DNA of 64,000 nt from an uncultured virus (IMG/VR IMGVR_UViG_3300027805_000013) (Duplodnaviria; Heunggongvirae; Uroviricota; Caudoviricetes). The stretch lies in the IMG/VR virus record IMGVR_UViG_3300027805_000013; one strand, given 5' to 3'. Below, piece by piece: positions 17,894-28,611 of the stretch (the first letter of the stretch is position 1; every line of letters begins with the position of its first letter). A program made the position numbers and the translations under genes. The notes beneath the pieces are model-generated. The model saw only the letters and a program-made list of their open reading frames with translations, was not told the DNA's origin and did not search any database.

Positions 17894-18504
17894 TGCCTGT
17901 CTACCTCGACACTCGGGGTAATAGTGTTCTGTCTGTAGCGATCTGTGATCGCTGCAGCAGGAAGTTTGCGTATACAGATTTAATGCCCGATCCAAATTTT
18001 CCTGGTATGCGGGTATGTGCAGCAGATAGAGATAATTTTGATCCCTGGAGATTACCAGCGCGTCAAACAGAAAACATTGCGTTGCGTTTCCCTCGCCCAG
18101 ATGTATCTGTGGCAACTGGGCCAAACTTGTTGAATACACAAGGTAACGCCAACGATCCACAACAGTACGATAACTTTACCTTAGAAGGCATTTTACCAGC
18201 CGCAGCTGCTCAAGGTAATTTGAACACCATGAGTGGCACCGCCGCGCCCGTGCGCGCGTCTGTCAGTGAGATTACTCCAAACAGCGGATCAAGAGCTGGT
18301 GGTTACACTGCAACAATTGGCGGTGATAACTTTAGAAATGTGTCTAACGTATTAATTGGTGGTGTGCCCACCAGTTTTACTGTGTTAAATGAAAACAGTA
18401 TTAACGTGACAATACCAGCGTACGGTTTGCCAGGCAGTGTGGAAGTTGTTGTTACAACCAATGTTGATTCGGCAATTGCCTTAAACTTATTTACATACAC
18501 CTAA
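17893..18504 (+). CDS. protein with CxxC N-terminus and IPT/TIG Ig-like domain
   Basis: CDRC...[22 protein letters not shown]. Confidence 0.7.
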   Translation: MPVYLDTRGNSVLSVAICDRCSRKFAYTDLMPDPNFPGMRVCAADRDNFDPWRLPARQTENIALRFPRPDVSVATGPNLLNTQGNANDPQQYDNFTLEGILPAAAAQGNLNTMSGTAAPVRASVSEITPNSGSRAGGYTATIGGDNFRNVSNVLIGGVPTSFTVLNENSINVTIPAYGLPGSVEVVVTTNVDSAIALNLFTYT

Positions 18505-18505
18505 A

Positions 18506-20236
18506 ATGGCTAATCAACCGATAACAAGACTGCCAGTAGCGACAGCACTGACCGGTAACGAAGTTACGGTTGTTGTCCAAAATGGCGTAACCAAACAAAC
18601 ACAGCTCCAAGATATTTCTAATCTTGGTGGCCCAACCGGACCTACTGGCCCGCAAGGCGCCCCTGGTCCGACAGGCCCAACTGGTCCACAGGGACCAACC
18701 GGAGCACAAGGACCAACTGGCCCAACTGGAGATACTGGACCACAAGGACCAACTGGTTCAACAGGGCCAACTGGTCCACAGGGCCCAACTGGCCCAACCG
18801 GAGCGCAGGGACCCACTGGCCCAACCGGCTGGACTGGACCGACCGGCCCCACTGGCGATACAGGACCACAAGGTCCACAAGGAATACAAGGACCAACTGG
18901 CCCGATTGGACCGATTGGCCCAACTGGTGATACAGGACCGATTGGTCCGACAGGTGACACAGGACCGCTAGGCCCAACTGGACCACAAGGAATACAGGGA
19001 CCGACTGGTCCGACAGGTTGGACCGGACCGCAAGGCATCCAAGGCCCCACTGGTGACACTGGACCACAAGGCATACAAGGACCGACAGGCCCCACTGGTT
19101 GGACTGGACCTCAGGGCATACAGGGACCGACTGGCGACACTGGCCCGCAAGGAATACAAGGCCCAACTGGCCCAACGGGCGACACAGGACCGCAGGGTAT
19201 ACAGGGTGTCACAGGACCGACCGGACCACAAGGCCAGACGACAGGATTAACGCTGTTCCTCGATGGTGCTACGGCAACTGGACCACAGGCATACGATTTA
19301 TTAGTGGTTCCAAACACCGGCGCGCAGACTGATCTTTCAAGAGCAACAAACGCAAGCACGCCAGTTTTATTAGGTTCATTTGTAACTGCTGCTGATGTAC
19401 CTAACAACACATCTTTCACAGGTGGCTTGTGGGAACTGTATGCGTGGATGCAACACACCGGAGGTGGTTCAACGTTTAGGTTTTGGACTGAGGTTCAAGA
19501 GGTCGCATCAGACGGCACGACGGTATTACAAACTTTAGCAAGTGGAAATTATGCTGGCGGAACTGCCGTTGCGAGTGCAACTCTTGGATTGTATGAGTAT
19601 GATCTATTTGTCCCAACTTCTACGTTAGCATCTACAAGTAGCCGCATATTAGTTAATGTTTATGTTCAAGCGCAAACAGGAACGCCAACGGCTTCTTTGC
19701 ACATGCGCGATAATGCGCAGTCGCACGTTGTTACGACAATTGCATTTAACGTAATTGGACCCACTGGACCACAAGGTCCAACTGGTGACACCGGACCACA
19801 GGGCCCAACAGGCCCGCAAGGAATACAAGGGCCCACCGGCCCAACTGGAGACATTGGACCAACTGGTGATACAGGACCACAGGGGCCCACTGGACCGCAA
19901 GGAATACAAGGTCCCACGGGGCCGCAAGGAATACAAGGCCCTACTGGAGACACCGGACCACAAGGACCCACTGGACCTCAAGGCATACAAGGGCCTACCG
20001 GCCCAACTGGCTGGACTGGACCGCAAGGCCCAACCGGAGACACCGGACCGACAGGACCAACGACTTACCCAGCAGCTGGAGTGGCAGTATCCACTGGCAC
20101 GGCGTGGGGTACGTCATTAGTAGCAGCAAGTGCAAACACCGCAAGCGCGCTGGTACAGCGCGATACCAACGGTGACTTTAGCGCTGGTACAATAACCGCA
20201 ACGGCATACATTGGAGTGAGTGGCGGTACATTTTAA
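18506..20236 (+). CDS. collagen-like fibre protein
   Basis: Two long Gly-X-Y tracts (GPT/GPQ/GDT) flanking a globular domain. Confidence 0.9.
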   Translation: MANQPITRLPVATALTGNEVTVVVQNGVTKQTQLQDISNLGGPTGPTGPQGAPGPTGPTGPQGPTGAQGPTGPTGDTGPQGPTGSTGPTGPQGPTGPTGAQGPTGPTGWTGPTGPTGDTGPQGPQGIQGPTGPIGPIGPTGDTGPIGPTGDTGPLGPTGPQGIQGPTGPTGWTGPQGIQGPTGDTGPQGIQGPTGPTGWTGPQGIQGPTGDTGPQGIQGPTGPTGDTGPQGIQGVTGPTGPQGQTTGLTLFLDGATATGPQAYDLLVVPNTGAQTDLSRATNASTPVLLGSFVTAADVPNNTSFTGGLWELYAWMQHTGGGSTFRFWTEVQEVASDGTTVLQTLASGNYAGGTAVASATLGLYEYDLFVPTSTLASTSSRILVNVYVQAQTGTPTASLHMRDNAQSHVVTTIAFNVIGPTGPQGPTGDTGPQGPTGPQGIQGPTGPTGDIGPTGDTGPQGPTGPQGIQGPTGPQGIQGPTGDTGPQGPTGPQGIQGPTGPTGWTGPQGPTGDTGPTGPTTYPAAGVAVSTGTAWGTSLVAASANTASALVQRDTNGDFSAGTITATAYIGVSGGTF

Positions 20237-20249
20237 TTAGGGGTAGCAC

Positions 20250-21293
20250 ATGAAAATCGCCGTATATGCGATTAGCAAAAATGAAGAGCAGTTTGTAAAA
20301 ACATTCTGCGAGTCCAGTAAGTTAGCTGATTATATTATGATCGCCGACACTGGTTCTACGGATGGTACGGTCGAGGAGGCTAAAAAGTATGGGGCTGTTG
20401 TTCATAGCATTTGCATTTCTCCTTGGCGCTTCGATCATGCTCGGAATGCCGCTTTGGCACTACTACCCGCTGACATTGACGTCTGCATATCGCTAGATCT
20501 GGATGAACAGTTAGAGCCAGGCTGGCGTGAAGAATTAGAGTGTCTCTGGACACCAGAGACCACCAGACTCAGTTATAAGTTTGACTGGGGGCATGGTAAA
20601 GTGTTTTACAGTACGAAGGTACACACCCGCAAGGGTTACCACTGGCATCATCCCTGCCACGAGTACATTAGGCCAGACCATCGGACCAAAGAAGTGTTTG
20701 CGTATAGTGAGATGTTGATGATTACGCATCATCCTGACGAAACAAAGTCACGAGGCCAGTACTTAGATCTACTGGAGATGTCGGTCAAAGAAGACCCAAG
20801 CTGCCCACGCAATGCGTTTTATTATGCTAGGGAGCTAACGTACTACCAGAAGTGGAACGATGCAATTGTGGCACTACAAAAGTATTTAGCGATGCCAGAG
20901 GCGACGTGGAATAACGAACGAGCCTACGCATTTAGGTTAATTGGTAACTGCTACGATAACTTGGGGTATGATGGTATGAATTGGTACCGTCGTGCAGTGT
21001 CCGAAGACGCGGGCGTGCGTGAGACTTGGTGTGAGTTAGCACAGGCGTGCTACAGAAAAGGATTATGGGAGGAGTGTTACGGCGCGGCATGTAACGCACT
21101 CAAGCTGACAGAGTGTACATTCACATACACAATCGACGCAAACAACTGGAAGGCAAGGCCGCACGACTTGGCGGCAATTGCAGCCTACCGTTTAGGATTT
21201 AAAGAAGAAGCAATTAAGCACGGCACTAACGCCTTGGAGTTTGAACCCAATAACGAGAGATTAATAAAAAACCTCGAGTATTATAAGGAATAA
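20250..21293 (+). CDS. GT2-family glycosyltransferase with TPR repeats
   Basis: KNEE..DTGSTDGT..FDHARN..SLDLDE (DxD); C-terminal TPR-like helices. Confidence 0.85.
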   Translation: MKIAVYAISKNEEQFVKTFCESSKLADYIMIADTGSTDGTVEEAKKYGAVVHSICISPWRFDHARNAALALLPADIDVCISLDLDEQLEPGWREELECLWTPETTRLSYKFDWGHGKVFYSTKVHTRKGYHWHHPCHEYIRPDHRTKEVFAYSEMLMITHHPDETKSRGQYLDLLEMSVKEDPSCPRNAFYYARELTYYQKWNDAIVALQKYLAMPEATWNNERAYAFRLIGNCYDNLGYDGMNWYRRAVSEDAGVRETWCELAQACYRKGLWEECYGAACNALKLTECTFTYTIDANNWKARPHDLAAIAAYRLGFKEEAIKHGTNALEFEPNNERLIKNLEYYKE

Positions 21294-21295
21294 AT

Positions 21296-22156
21296 ATGGC
21301 ACAGGCAGGTTTTACACCGATCAGTTTATACTACAGCACTACTGCGAGTGCTGTGCCGACCGCTGGCAACCTGGTTCCTGGCGAGTTAGCAATAAACATT
21401 AACGACGGCAAGCTGTACTTTGAAAACAGTTCCGGCGTTGTTACATTACTGGCGCAGAGCAGCGCGTCGTCCCCTGTCACATCTATCTCGTTTGGCACGA
21501 CTGGATTAACCCCCTCTACGGCAACGTCGGGCGCGGTAACTGTCGCCGGCACACTCGTTGTTGGTAACGGCGGCACGGGTTTAACTTCTCTAACAACTGG
21601 CCGCATACCTTACGGCGCTAATACCGCCGCGTTTGGTAACTCGGCAAATCTGTTTTTTGACAGCGCAAATACACGACTTGGTGTTGGTACATCATCGCCA
21701 GCTGTAACAGCCTCGTTGGTTGGTATTGATGCGATGTTAATCCCCAAGGGCGCAACAGGCGATCGGCCAGCTGGCGTGTCTGGTTATTTGCGCTTTAACA
21801 CAACGACAAGCGAGTTTGAGGGATACAACGGCACGGCGTGGGCATCGGTTGGTGGCGCGGCGTTAAGTAACGACACTACAACTTCAACTAATATTTATCC
21901 GTTGTCTGCCGCGGCAACAAGTGGCACGGCAGCAACACTCTACACATCGAACGCTAAGTTTTTATATAAGCCAAGTACTGGCGAACTACAGGCTAGTGCA
22001 GTAGTTGCCAGCAACGGTATTTTTGTAAACAGTCAAACAGTAGCTACTAGCTACACCATTGCTGCAGGAACTTCAGGAATGTCTTCTGGTCCCGTCACCG
22101 TAGCAAGCGGACAATCAGTAACCGTCGCCAGCGGAGCTCGCTGGGTAGTTTTATAA
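21296..22156 (+). CDS. tail fibre-related protein
   Basis: GELAININDGKLYF and LRFNTTTSEFEGYNG fibre motifs. Confidence 0.7.
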   Translation: MAQAGFTPISLYYSTTASAVPTAGNLVPGELAININDGKLYFENSSGVVTLLAQSSASSPVTSISFGTTGLTPSTATSGAVTVAGTLVVGNGGTGLTSLTTGRIPYGANTAAFGNSANLFFDSANTRLGVGTSSPAVTASLVGIDAMLIPKGATGDRPAGVSGYLRFNTTTSEFEGYNGTAWASVGGAALSNDTTTSTNIYPLSAAATSGTAATLYTSNAKFLYKPSTGELQASAVVASNGIFVNSQTVATSYTIAAGTSGMSSGPVTVASGQSVTVASGARWVVL

Positions 22157-22165
22157 GGAAATAAT

Positions 22166-23272
22166 ATGGCAAGCATAGTCGTAACAGGCGATACAAGTGG
22201 TTCAGTAACCTTATCGGCTCCATCCGTATCAGGATCAACTGTACTCACTCTACCCACCTCATCGGGAACCCTAGTCGTTACTGGTGGAGCGCAGACTATT
22301 GAGTTTGCAGACGGCTCTGCTTCTGCTCCTTCGATTACCAACTCAGGCGATACAAACACGGGTATGTTCTTCCCAGCAGCCGACACTATTGCATTTACAG
22401 AAGGTGGTGCTGAGGCGATGCGTATTGATTCTAGTAGTCAAGTTGGTATTGGCACTAGTAGTCCTGCTTTTAAAACTGAAATAGTTGGTGGTGCAGATAC
22501 AGTAGAAACCACATTGTTTCAAATTAGGTCAAATGCTGGTGGAATTAATACAGGTAGCACAATTGCCCTTGCCAATTCTACAAACGCAACAGCAGGTTCA
22601 GGGCGAGTAGAGTTAGCTGGACTTAGAGATACTTTAAGCGGAAGTTCATTTGTAGTTAGAACTGCTGATAGTAGTGGAACAGTTACAGAACGGATGCGTA
22701 TTGATTCTTTTGGAAGGGTATATTTAAATGCCTATAGCAATAATTTATATGGCAATAACGCTCAACAGTTAGCAATTAATACTGGTACAACTGGTTTAAG
22801 TATTCAAACTACTGACACTAGAAGTACAGGTTTTTGGACTAATAGCGGTTCTGCTGGAACTTCTAATGCCGCCACTTATTTGCAATTTTTTAATAATTCA
22901 GCACAAACCAATGTTGGTTCTGTTACTTCTACAGGAACAAACTGTTTATATAACAACTTATCAGACTATCGATTAAAAGAAGATATTGCACCAATATCAA
23001 ACGGATTAGCTTTAGTTTCTGCATTAAAACCTATAAATTTTAAATGGTCATCAAATAAAACTGAAGATTTTGGATTTATTGCACACGAGTTTCAAGAAGT
23101 AATACCAAATTTTGTAACTGGCAATAAAGATGCCGTTGATGAAAAAGGAAAACCAATTTATCAAGCAATGGACTCGTCAGGAGCAATACCATTATTGGTA
23201 GCCGCAATCCAAGAACAACAGCAAATCATCAACGACCTCAAAGCCCGCATAGAAACTTTGGAGAACACATAA
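22166..23272 (+). CDS. tail fibre with peptidase S74-type intramolecular chaperone
   Basis: ERMRIDS repeats; SDYRLKEDI...GFIAHE...coiled coil. Confidence 0.85.
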   Translation: MASIVVTGDTSGSVTLSAPSVSGSTVLTLPTSSGTLVVTGGAQTIEFADGSASAPSITNSGDTNTGMFFPAADTIAFTEGGAEAMRIDSSSQVGIGTSSPAFKTEIVGGADTVETTLFQIRSNAGGINTGSTIALANSTNATAGSGRVELAGLRDTLSGSSFVVRTADSSGTVTERMRIDSFGRVYLNAYSNNLYGNNAQQLAINTGTTGLSIQTTDTRSTGFWTNSGSAGTSNAATYLQFFNNSAQTNVGSVTSTGTNCLYNNLSDYRLKEDIAPISNGLALVSALKPINFKWSSNKTEDFGFIAHEFQEVIPNFVTGNKDAVDEKGKPIYQAMDSSGAIPLLVAAIQEQQQIINDLKARIETLENT

Positions 23273-25338
23273 TGTCATCGGTCATAACCGCATCTACAAC
23301 AAGTAACACAGCCCTAACGCTGTCTGGTGATACCAGCGGTCAATTAGAGATCAAAACAGGCTCAGGACCAACTACAGCTATTACAATCAGCTCCGCCCAG
23401 CTAACCACAATCGCTAACGATGCTTCTATATCAGGTCTTACTGTTGGTAAGGGTAGTGGTGCTGTAGCTACTAATACTTCTGTTGGAGCTAGTGCTTTAG
23501 CAAGCAATTCATCTTCAGGTTCGATGACTGCTGTTGGTTATCAGGCTTTGTATTTAGCTACATCGGGTCAAAATACTGCGGTAGGTTCACAATCATTTTA
23601 TACAAATGGTGCTGGTGGATATAACACAGGGGTTGGTGTTCAGTCAGGATATTTAAATACATCGGGTTCATACAATGTTGCATTAGGACATTCTGCACTT
23701 TATTCAAACACCACCGCATCTAACAACACAGCAGTAGGTTATCAAGCTGGGTATTCAACTACCACGGGAGAAGAAAATACTGCTGTTGGTCATCTTGCTC
23801 TGTATTCCAATTCAACCGCATCAAACAACTCAGCATTTGGTAGAGCATCTCTATACTCTAATACAACTGGAACAAGCAATGTGGGGTTAGGCTACCAAGC
23901 CCTTTTTTCAAACACCACCGCATCTAATAACACAGCAGTAGGTTATCAATCCTTATACACAAATTCAACTGGTGCTGAAAATACTGCTGTAGGTTATTTT
24001 GCATTAAAAACATCAACTACAGGCTCGCAAACTGCTGTTGGTTCTTATGCAATGCAAAAATCCACTACTGGAATTTCCAATACAGCTGTTGGTCATGTAA
24101 CTTTGTATGAAAATACCACAGGCTCTTATAATACTGCTCTTGGGCAAGAAGCATTAAGATTTAACACCACCGCATCTAGCAACACAGCAATAGGTTATCA
24201 AGCTTTATATAGCAACACAACAAGTGGCACAAATACAGCAATAGGGTATCAATCTCTTAGAAGTAATACAGGAGATTCAAGCGCAGCAGTAGGCTTTCAA
24301 GCTCTATACTCTAATACAACTGGAAGAAATCAAGGCTTTGGAACATACGCACTTTATACAAATACCACAGGCACACAAAATAATGCTTATGGAGATTCTG
24401 CACTTTATCTAAATACTACGGGAAATAATAATACTGCTCTTGGTTATGTTTCTGCGTTTAACAATACAACAGGCGCTAATAATGTAGCCATAGGACATTC
24501 TGCACTCCAAGCAAACACCACAGCATCTAATAACACAGCAGTAGGTTATCAGGCTGGGTATAACAACACTACAGGCGATAAAAACACATTCTTAGGAACA
24601 TATGCTGGTTTTGAAGTTAGCACGGGTGTAGAAAATACATTTGTTGGGTACGGTGCTGGACCAAATGGGACTGCATCTACAGGTTCATATAACACAGCCG
24701 TTGGGCGAGCCGCACTTCAATCAAATACCACCGCATCTAACAACACAGCAGTCGGTTATCAAGCTGGGGTAAATACTACAACTGGCGGCACTAATGTATT
24801 TCTTGGTAGGCTTGCTGGAAACAATGTAACCACTGGATTTTCAAATGTCTGTATTGGAAATAGTGCAGAAACTGGGGCGGTAGGAAATAATAATGAAATT
24901 GTTATTGGTAATTCAGCCACAGGTAAAGGTTCAGCTACAGGATTTATTAACCCTAATGGTGGTGGCGTATTTCAAGGCAATAATAATTCTACTTGGTCGC
25001 AAACCTCTGACCAGCGTTTAAAGAAAAACATTGTTGATAATAACGAAGGTTTGAATAAAATTACGGCTATTAAAGTTCGTAATTTTGAGTATCGTTTGCC
25101 CGAAGAAGTTACCGAATTGCCTAAAAATCAAGCAGTTAAAAAATCAGGCGTTCAACTTGGTGTGATTGCTCAAGAACTTCAAGAAGTTTGCCCTGATTGT
25201 GTAACTGAACAATCAACTGGAGTATTGTCGGTAAATACCGATGATGTGTTTTGGCATCTTGTAAACGCAGTAAAAGAACTTAACGCTAAAGTAGATGCAC
25301 AAGCAGCCGAAATCGCTGCTTTGAAAGGAGCTAAATAA
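23272..25338 (+). CDS. beta-helical tail fibre with S74 chaperone
   Basis: NTAVG repeats; SDQRLKKNI...GVIAQE. Confidence 0.85.
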   Translation: MSSVITASTTSNTALTLSGDTSGQLEIKTGSGPTTAITISSAQLTTIANDASISGLTVGKGSGAVATNTSVGASALASNSSSGSMTAVGYQALYLATSGQNTAVGSQSFYTNGAGGYNTGVGVQSGYLNTSGSYNVALGHSALYSNTTASNNTAVGYQAGYSTTTGEENTAVGHLALYSNSTASNNSAFGRASLYSNTTGTSNVGLGYQALFSNTTASNNTAVGYQSLYTNSTGAENTAVGYFALKTSTTGSQTAVGSYAMQKSTTGISNTAVGHVTLYENTTGSYNTALGQEALRFNTTASSNTAIGYQALYSNTTSGTNTAIGYQSLRSNTGDSSAAVGFQALYSNTTGRNQGFGTYALYTNTTGTQNNAYGDSALYLNTTGNNNTALGYVSAFNNTTGANNVAIGHSALQANTTASNNTAVGYQAGYNNTTGDKNTFLGTYAGFEVSTGVENTFVGYGAGPNGTASTGSYNTAVGRAALQSNTTASNNTAVGYQAGVNTTTGGTNVFLGRLAGNNVTTGFSNVCIGNSAETGAVGNNNEIVIGNSATGKGSATGFINPNGGGVFQGNNNSTWSQTSDQRLKKNIVDNNEGLNKITAIKVRNFEYRLPEEVTELPKNQAVKKSGVQLGVIAQELQEVCPDCVTEQSTGVLSVNTDDVFWHLVNAVKELNAKVDAQAAEIAALKGAK

Positions 25339-26606
25339 TGACTACAACAATCGGTGGTTCATACCCAGCCGTTAATAGTGATAGTGATGCAACTATCAAT
25401 GGTGTAACTGTTGGTAAGGGTGGTGGTGCTTTAGCTTCCAATACCGCAATCGGCAATGGTGCTTTAGCCGCTACAAATACTGTGGGTTTTAATGTGGCTG
25501 TTGGGGCTAATGCTTTTAATGCAAACACTACAGGTCAAGGTGGAGTCGCTGTAGGAAGTGGTGCTTTACAAAATAACACGACAGGCAATAACAATACAGC
25601 AGTTGGCATCAATTCCCTTTTATTCAACACAACTGGGCAATATAGCTCTGCTTACGGAACTGCATCATTACAATCTAATACAACGGGTGCAAATAATACG
25701 GCACATGGATATGGTGCTTTACAAAATAACACCACAGCATCTAATAACACAGCAGTAGGTTATCAAGCCCTGTATACCAACACAACAAATTCAAATTCCA
25801 CAGCCGTTGGTTATCAAGCTGGCTACGCCAGCACAGTATCACCTAATACATTTATTGGATATAGGGCTGGAAATGCTCAAACAACTGGTCAATTTAATAC
25901 ATTTGTAGGGCATGAAGCTGGTCAAGCAAACACAACAGGAGTTCAAAACAATTTTTTTGGACACCAAGCTGGTTATTTTGTAACAACTGGAACTAAAAAT
26001 ACTATTGTTGGTGGCTACAACGGCAACCAAGACGGACTAGACATTCGCACCGCTTCTAACTACGCAGTTATCTCTGATGGTGATGGCAACCGCTTGCTTA
26101 CAATGGCAAACGGACAGACGCTTGCTTTAGATGGTGGAGCAGTACCTAACTCAGGCACAGGCATTACATTCCCAGCAACCCAATCCGCTTCATCTAATGC
26201 AAACACACTAGATGATTATGAGGAAGGGACTTTTACACCAACTATTATCGGAACAACATCTGCTGGAACAGCTTCATATGTTGCTCAAATAGGCACATAT
26301 ACAAAAGTTGGAAGATTGGTTTTCTTTGAAATTTATGTTAATTGGAGTAGTGGAACTGGAACTGGATTTTTAAAAATAGACAATTTGCCATTTACTTCAG
26401 GAAACACTAGTGGATATCCAGCAGTATCTATTGGTTGGTTTAACCAAGTTGCTTTAAGCGCAAATAGTGTTGCAACTGCATTTGTTGGAAATAATGAATC
26501 TCAAATTTATTTTTATGAGTATGCAACTGGCGGTGGAGCTTCAGGACAAGTTGCTTATGATGCTGCTGGTGGAATTCAAATAGCTGGATGTTATCAAGTT
26601 GGTTAA
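25338..26606 (+). CDS. beta-helical tail fibre
   Basis: NTAVG repeats; LDDYEEGTFTP...YTKVGRLV. Confidence 0.8.
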   Translation: MTTTIGGSYPAVNSDSDATINGVTVGKGGGALASNTAIGNGALAATNTVGFNVAVGANAFNANTTGQGGVAVGSGALQNNTTGNNNTAVGINSLLFNTTGQYSSAYGTASLQSNTTGANNTAHGYGALQNNTTASNNTAVGYQALYTNTTNSNSTAVGYQAGYASTVSPNTFIGYRAGNAQTTGQFNTFVGHEAGQANTTGVQNNFFGHQAGYFVTTGTKNTIVGGYNGNQDGLDIRTASNYAVISDGDGNRLLTMANGQTLALDGGAVPNSGTGITFPATQSASSNANTLDDYEEGTFTPTIIGTTSAGTASYVAQIGTYTKVGRLVFFEIYVNWSSGTGTGFLKIDNLPFTSGNTSGYPAVSIGWFNQVALSANSVATAFVGNNESQIYFYEYATGGGASGQVAYDAAGGIQIAGCYQVG

Positions 26607-26650
26607 CTAGACCAGATTAGTCTAGTCAGATTTTTAATAGGAGAAACAAA

Positions 26651-26908
26651 ATGGCATTAACAAAAGAAGTAGCAGTAGACCAAATTACAGTAACCGAGAA
26701 TGGTATTGTATTAGTCAGAGAAACCACAACCATTAAAGAAGATGGTGTAGAAATCTCTAAGAAATATCATCGCACTTCATTTGTGCCTGAGCAAGATGTA
26801 AGTTCTCAGCCAGCCAATGTTCAGGCTATCTGTGCTGCTGCATGGACACCAGAAGTAATCGCTGCATATAAAGCACAGCAAGAATCTAACAAACCCCTAG
26901 GAGTATAA
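26651..26908 (+). CDS. putative fibre assembly protein
   Basis: Small ORF after the fibres; AGGAG RBS. Confidence 0.55.
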   Translation: MALTKEVAVDQITVTENGIVLVRETTTIKEDGVEISKKYHRTSFVPEQDVSSQPANVQAICAAAWTPEVIAAYKAQQESNKPLGV

Positions 26909-26909
26909 A

Positions 26910-27134
26910 ATGACTGAAATCGTTCAAGAAAAACCAACAGCAGAAGAAATTGCTCGCCATTATTCAGCCGCAATGGATTCAGTAAACCTTATCAATGCTG
27001 GTAAGCCAGAAGAGATGTCTGACGAAGACTGGGCTGACTGCGTTGCTCGCAACAAAGAGCACCTCAAGATCATGCTTGCTAAAGACTTTTGGACTACGGA
27101 AGATTTAAGTCCGCTAGAAGCAGCAGCACAATAA
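26910..27134 (+). CDS. hypothetical protein
   Basis: AGGAG RBS. Confidence 0.65.
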   Translation: MTEIVQEKPTAEEIARHYSAAMDSVNLINAGKPEEMSDEDWADCVARNKEHLKIMLAKDFWTTEDLSPLEAAAQ

Positions 27135-27304
27135 TGTCCGACCTAATTGACAAAAACGAGGCCGCCTTGTCCGCGCACGAGGCGGTCTGTGCCGAGCGCT
27201 ACGCCGGCATCAACGCGCGGCTAAAACGCATCGAGCAGATCCTAGTCGGGTCGGTGGGATTCATTGTGGCGACCATGATCGCCCTACTAGTAAAATTACA
27301 CTAA
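27134..27304 (+). CDS. small coiled-coil plus TM lysis-module protein (XhlA-like)
   Basis: HEAVCAERY..RLKRIE followed by a C-terminal TM helix. Confidence 0.55.
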   Translation: MSDLIDKNEAALSAHEAVCAERYAGINARLKRIEQILVGSVGFIVATMIALLVKLH

Positions 27305-27310
27305 TGAATA

Positions 27311-27754
27311 ATGTCAGACCAATTTGGCTTTTTAGAAGGAGCAAAATCTCTTGGTAGCACCCTTGACTCCGCGCGCGGGGTCAGCAAGGAGTTATCTACC
27401 AGCATCGCCAACGTACAAAAAGAAGCAACCGACCTAGCCCAGCAACGCGCCCAAGAGCGCATCAGGGCACAAAAGGTCCACGTCGACCAGACCATACTAA
27501 AGGCATTTGACGAGTTCAAAATCATCGAGGAAGTCAAGCGCCTCGAGCAAAAGATGAAGGCCGAGGTGACACGAAACTACGGCCCCAAGGCGTGGGATGA
27601 CATACAGGTCATCAAGGCGCGTCTCTTAAAGGAGAAAAAAGAAAATGAAAAGCTGTTTAACAAAGACCTACACGAAATTAAAAGAGTTCAGCTCTACTGT
27701 TTTATCGCGGCTGGTGTCGTTGCCTGGTACCTTACTTGGGGCCATAAGGGGTAA
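27311..27754 (+). CDS. hypothetical protein with C-terminal TM helix
   Basis: ORF in the lysis module. Confidence 0.6.
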   Translation: MSDQFGFLEGAKSLGSTLDSARGVSKELSTSIANVQKEATDLAQQRAQERIRAQKVHVDQTILKAFDEFKIIEEVKRLEQKMKAEVTRNYGPKAWDDIQVIKARLLKEKKENEKLFNKDLHEIKRVQLYCFIAAGVVAWYLTWGHKG

Positions 27755-27760
27755 AAAATA

Positions 27761-28174
27761 ATGTTCCCGCTAACCGCCATCGTCGACGTCGGGATGAAGA
27801 TCCTAGACAAGTTTATCCCAGACCCAGAGGCTAAGGCCAAGGCGCAACAAGAGCTCCTCAAGATGCAACAAGAGGGCCGGCTGGCAGAGCTTAACGCCGA
27901 CAACATCGAGGCACAGGAGCTTACCAAACGCCAGCAGGCCGACATGGCAAGCGACTCGTGGCTGTCCAAGAACATCCGCCCGATGACACTGATCTTTATA
28001 CTGATCGTGTACACCATATTCGCCGCCATGAGCGCCGCAGACATCGAGGTCAACAACAACTACGTCGAGCTTCTGGGCCAGTGGGGCATGCTAATCATGT
28101 CATTCTATTTCGGCGGACGCTCGCTGGAGAAGATCATGGAAATGAAGAAAGGCAAAAGTGAACCTAAGCCCTAA
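27761..28174 (+). CDS. holin (3TM holin family)
   Basis: DSWLSKNIRP...TM...FYFGGRSLEK. Confidence 0.75.
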   Translation: MFPLTAIVDVGMKILDKFIPDPEAKAKAQQELLKMQQEGRLAELNADNIEAQELTKRQQADMASDSWLSKNIRPMTLIFILIVYTIFAAMSAADIEVNNNYVELLGQWGMLIMSFYFGGRSLEKIMEMKKGKSEPKP

Positions 28175-28592
28175 CTTTACACTAGAAGAACTAACCGCCA
28201 GCGAGGTGGCACAGCGCAAGGGGCTAGACAACACCCCAAACGCCACCGAGACGGCTAACCTAGTACGCACCGCAGAGTTACTAGAACAGGTCAGATCGCT
28301 ACTTAACAAGCCGATCCTTGTAAACTCAGCGTTTCGCTCTAAGCCAGTTAACGACTCTGTCGGCAGCAAGGACACTAGCCAGCATAGGTTGGGTTGTGCC
28401 GCCGATATCAGAGTCCCCGGATTGACCCCCAAACAGGTCGTACAGGCCTGCATCGATGGAGGAATACCATTTGACCAGATCATTGAAGAGTTTGGCTCCT
28501 GGACGCACATCAGCGTGCCAAACACTAAAGAACAACAACCAAGGCGTCAGGCCTTAATTATTGACAAGAACGGTACCAGACCGTACAATTAG
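28158..28592 (+). CDS. peptidase M15 endolysin
   Basis: LSPNFTLEE, NSAFR, SQHRLGCAAD, WTHIS. Confidence 0.9.
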   Translation: MNLSPNFTLEELTASEVAQRKGLDNTPNATETANLVRTAELLEQVRSLLNKPILVNSAFRSKPVNDSVGSKDTSQHRLGCAADIRVPGLTPKQVVQACIDGGIPFDQIIEEFGSWTHISVPNTKEQQPRRQALIIDKNGTRPYN

Positions 28593-28611
28593 TCTAAATT
28601 AAGGAGACGTT

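Noticed and set aside
18514..20120. Alternative-frame and antisense ORFs over the collagen gene
   Set aside because: Shadows of the stop-poor GGN-CCN-ACN repeats.
22166..26606. Diversity-generating retroelement
   Set aside because: No reverse transcriptase in the window and no TR/VR pair with adenine-specific differences.
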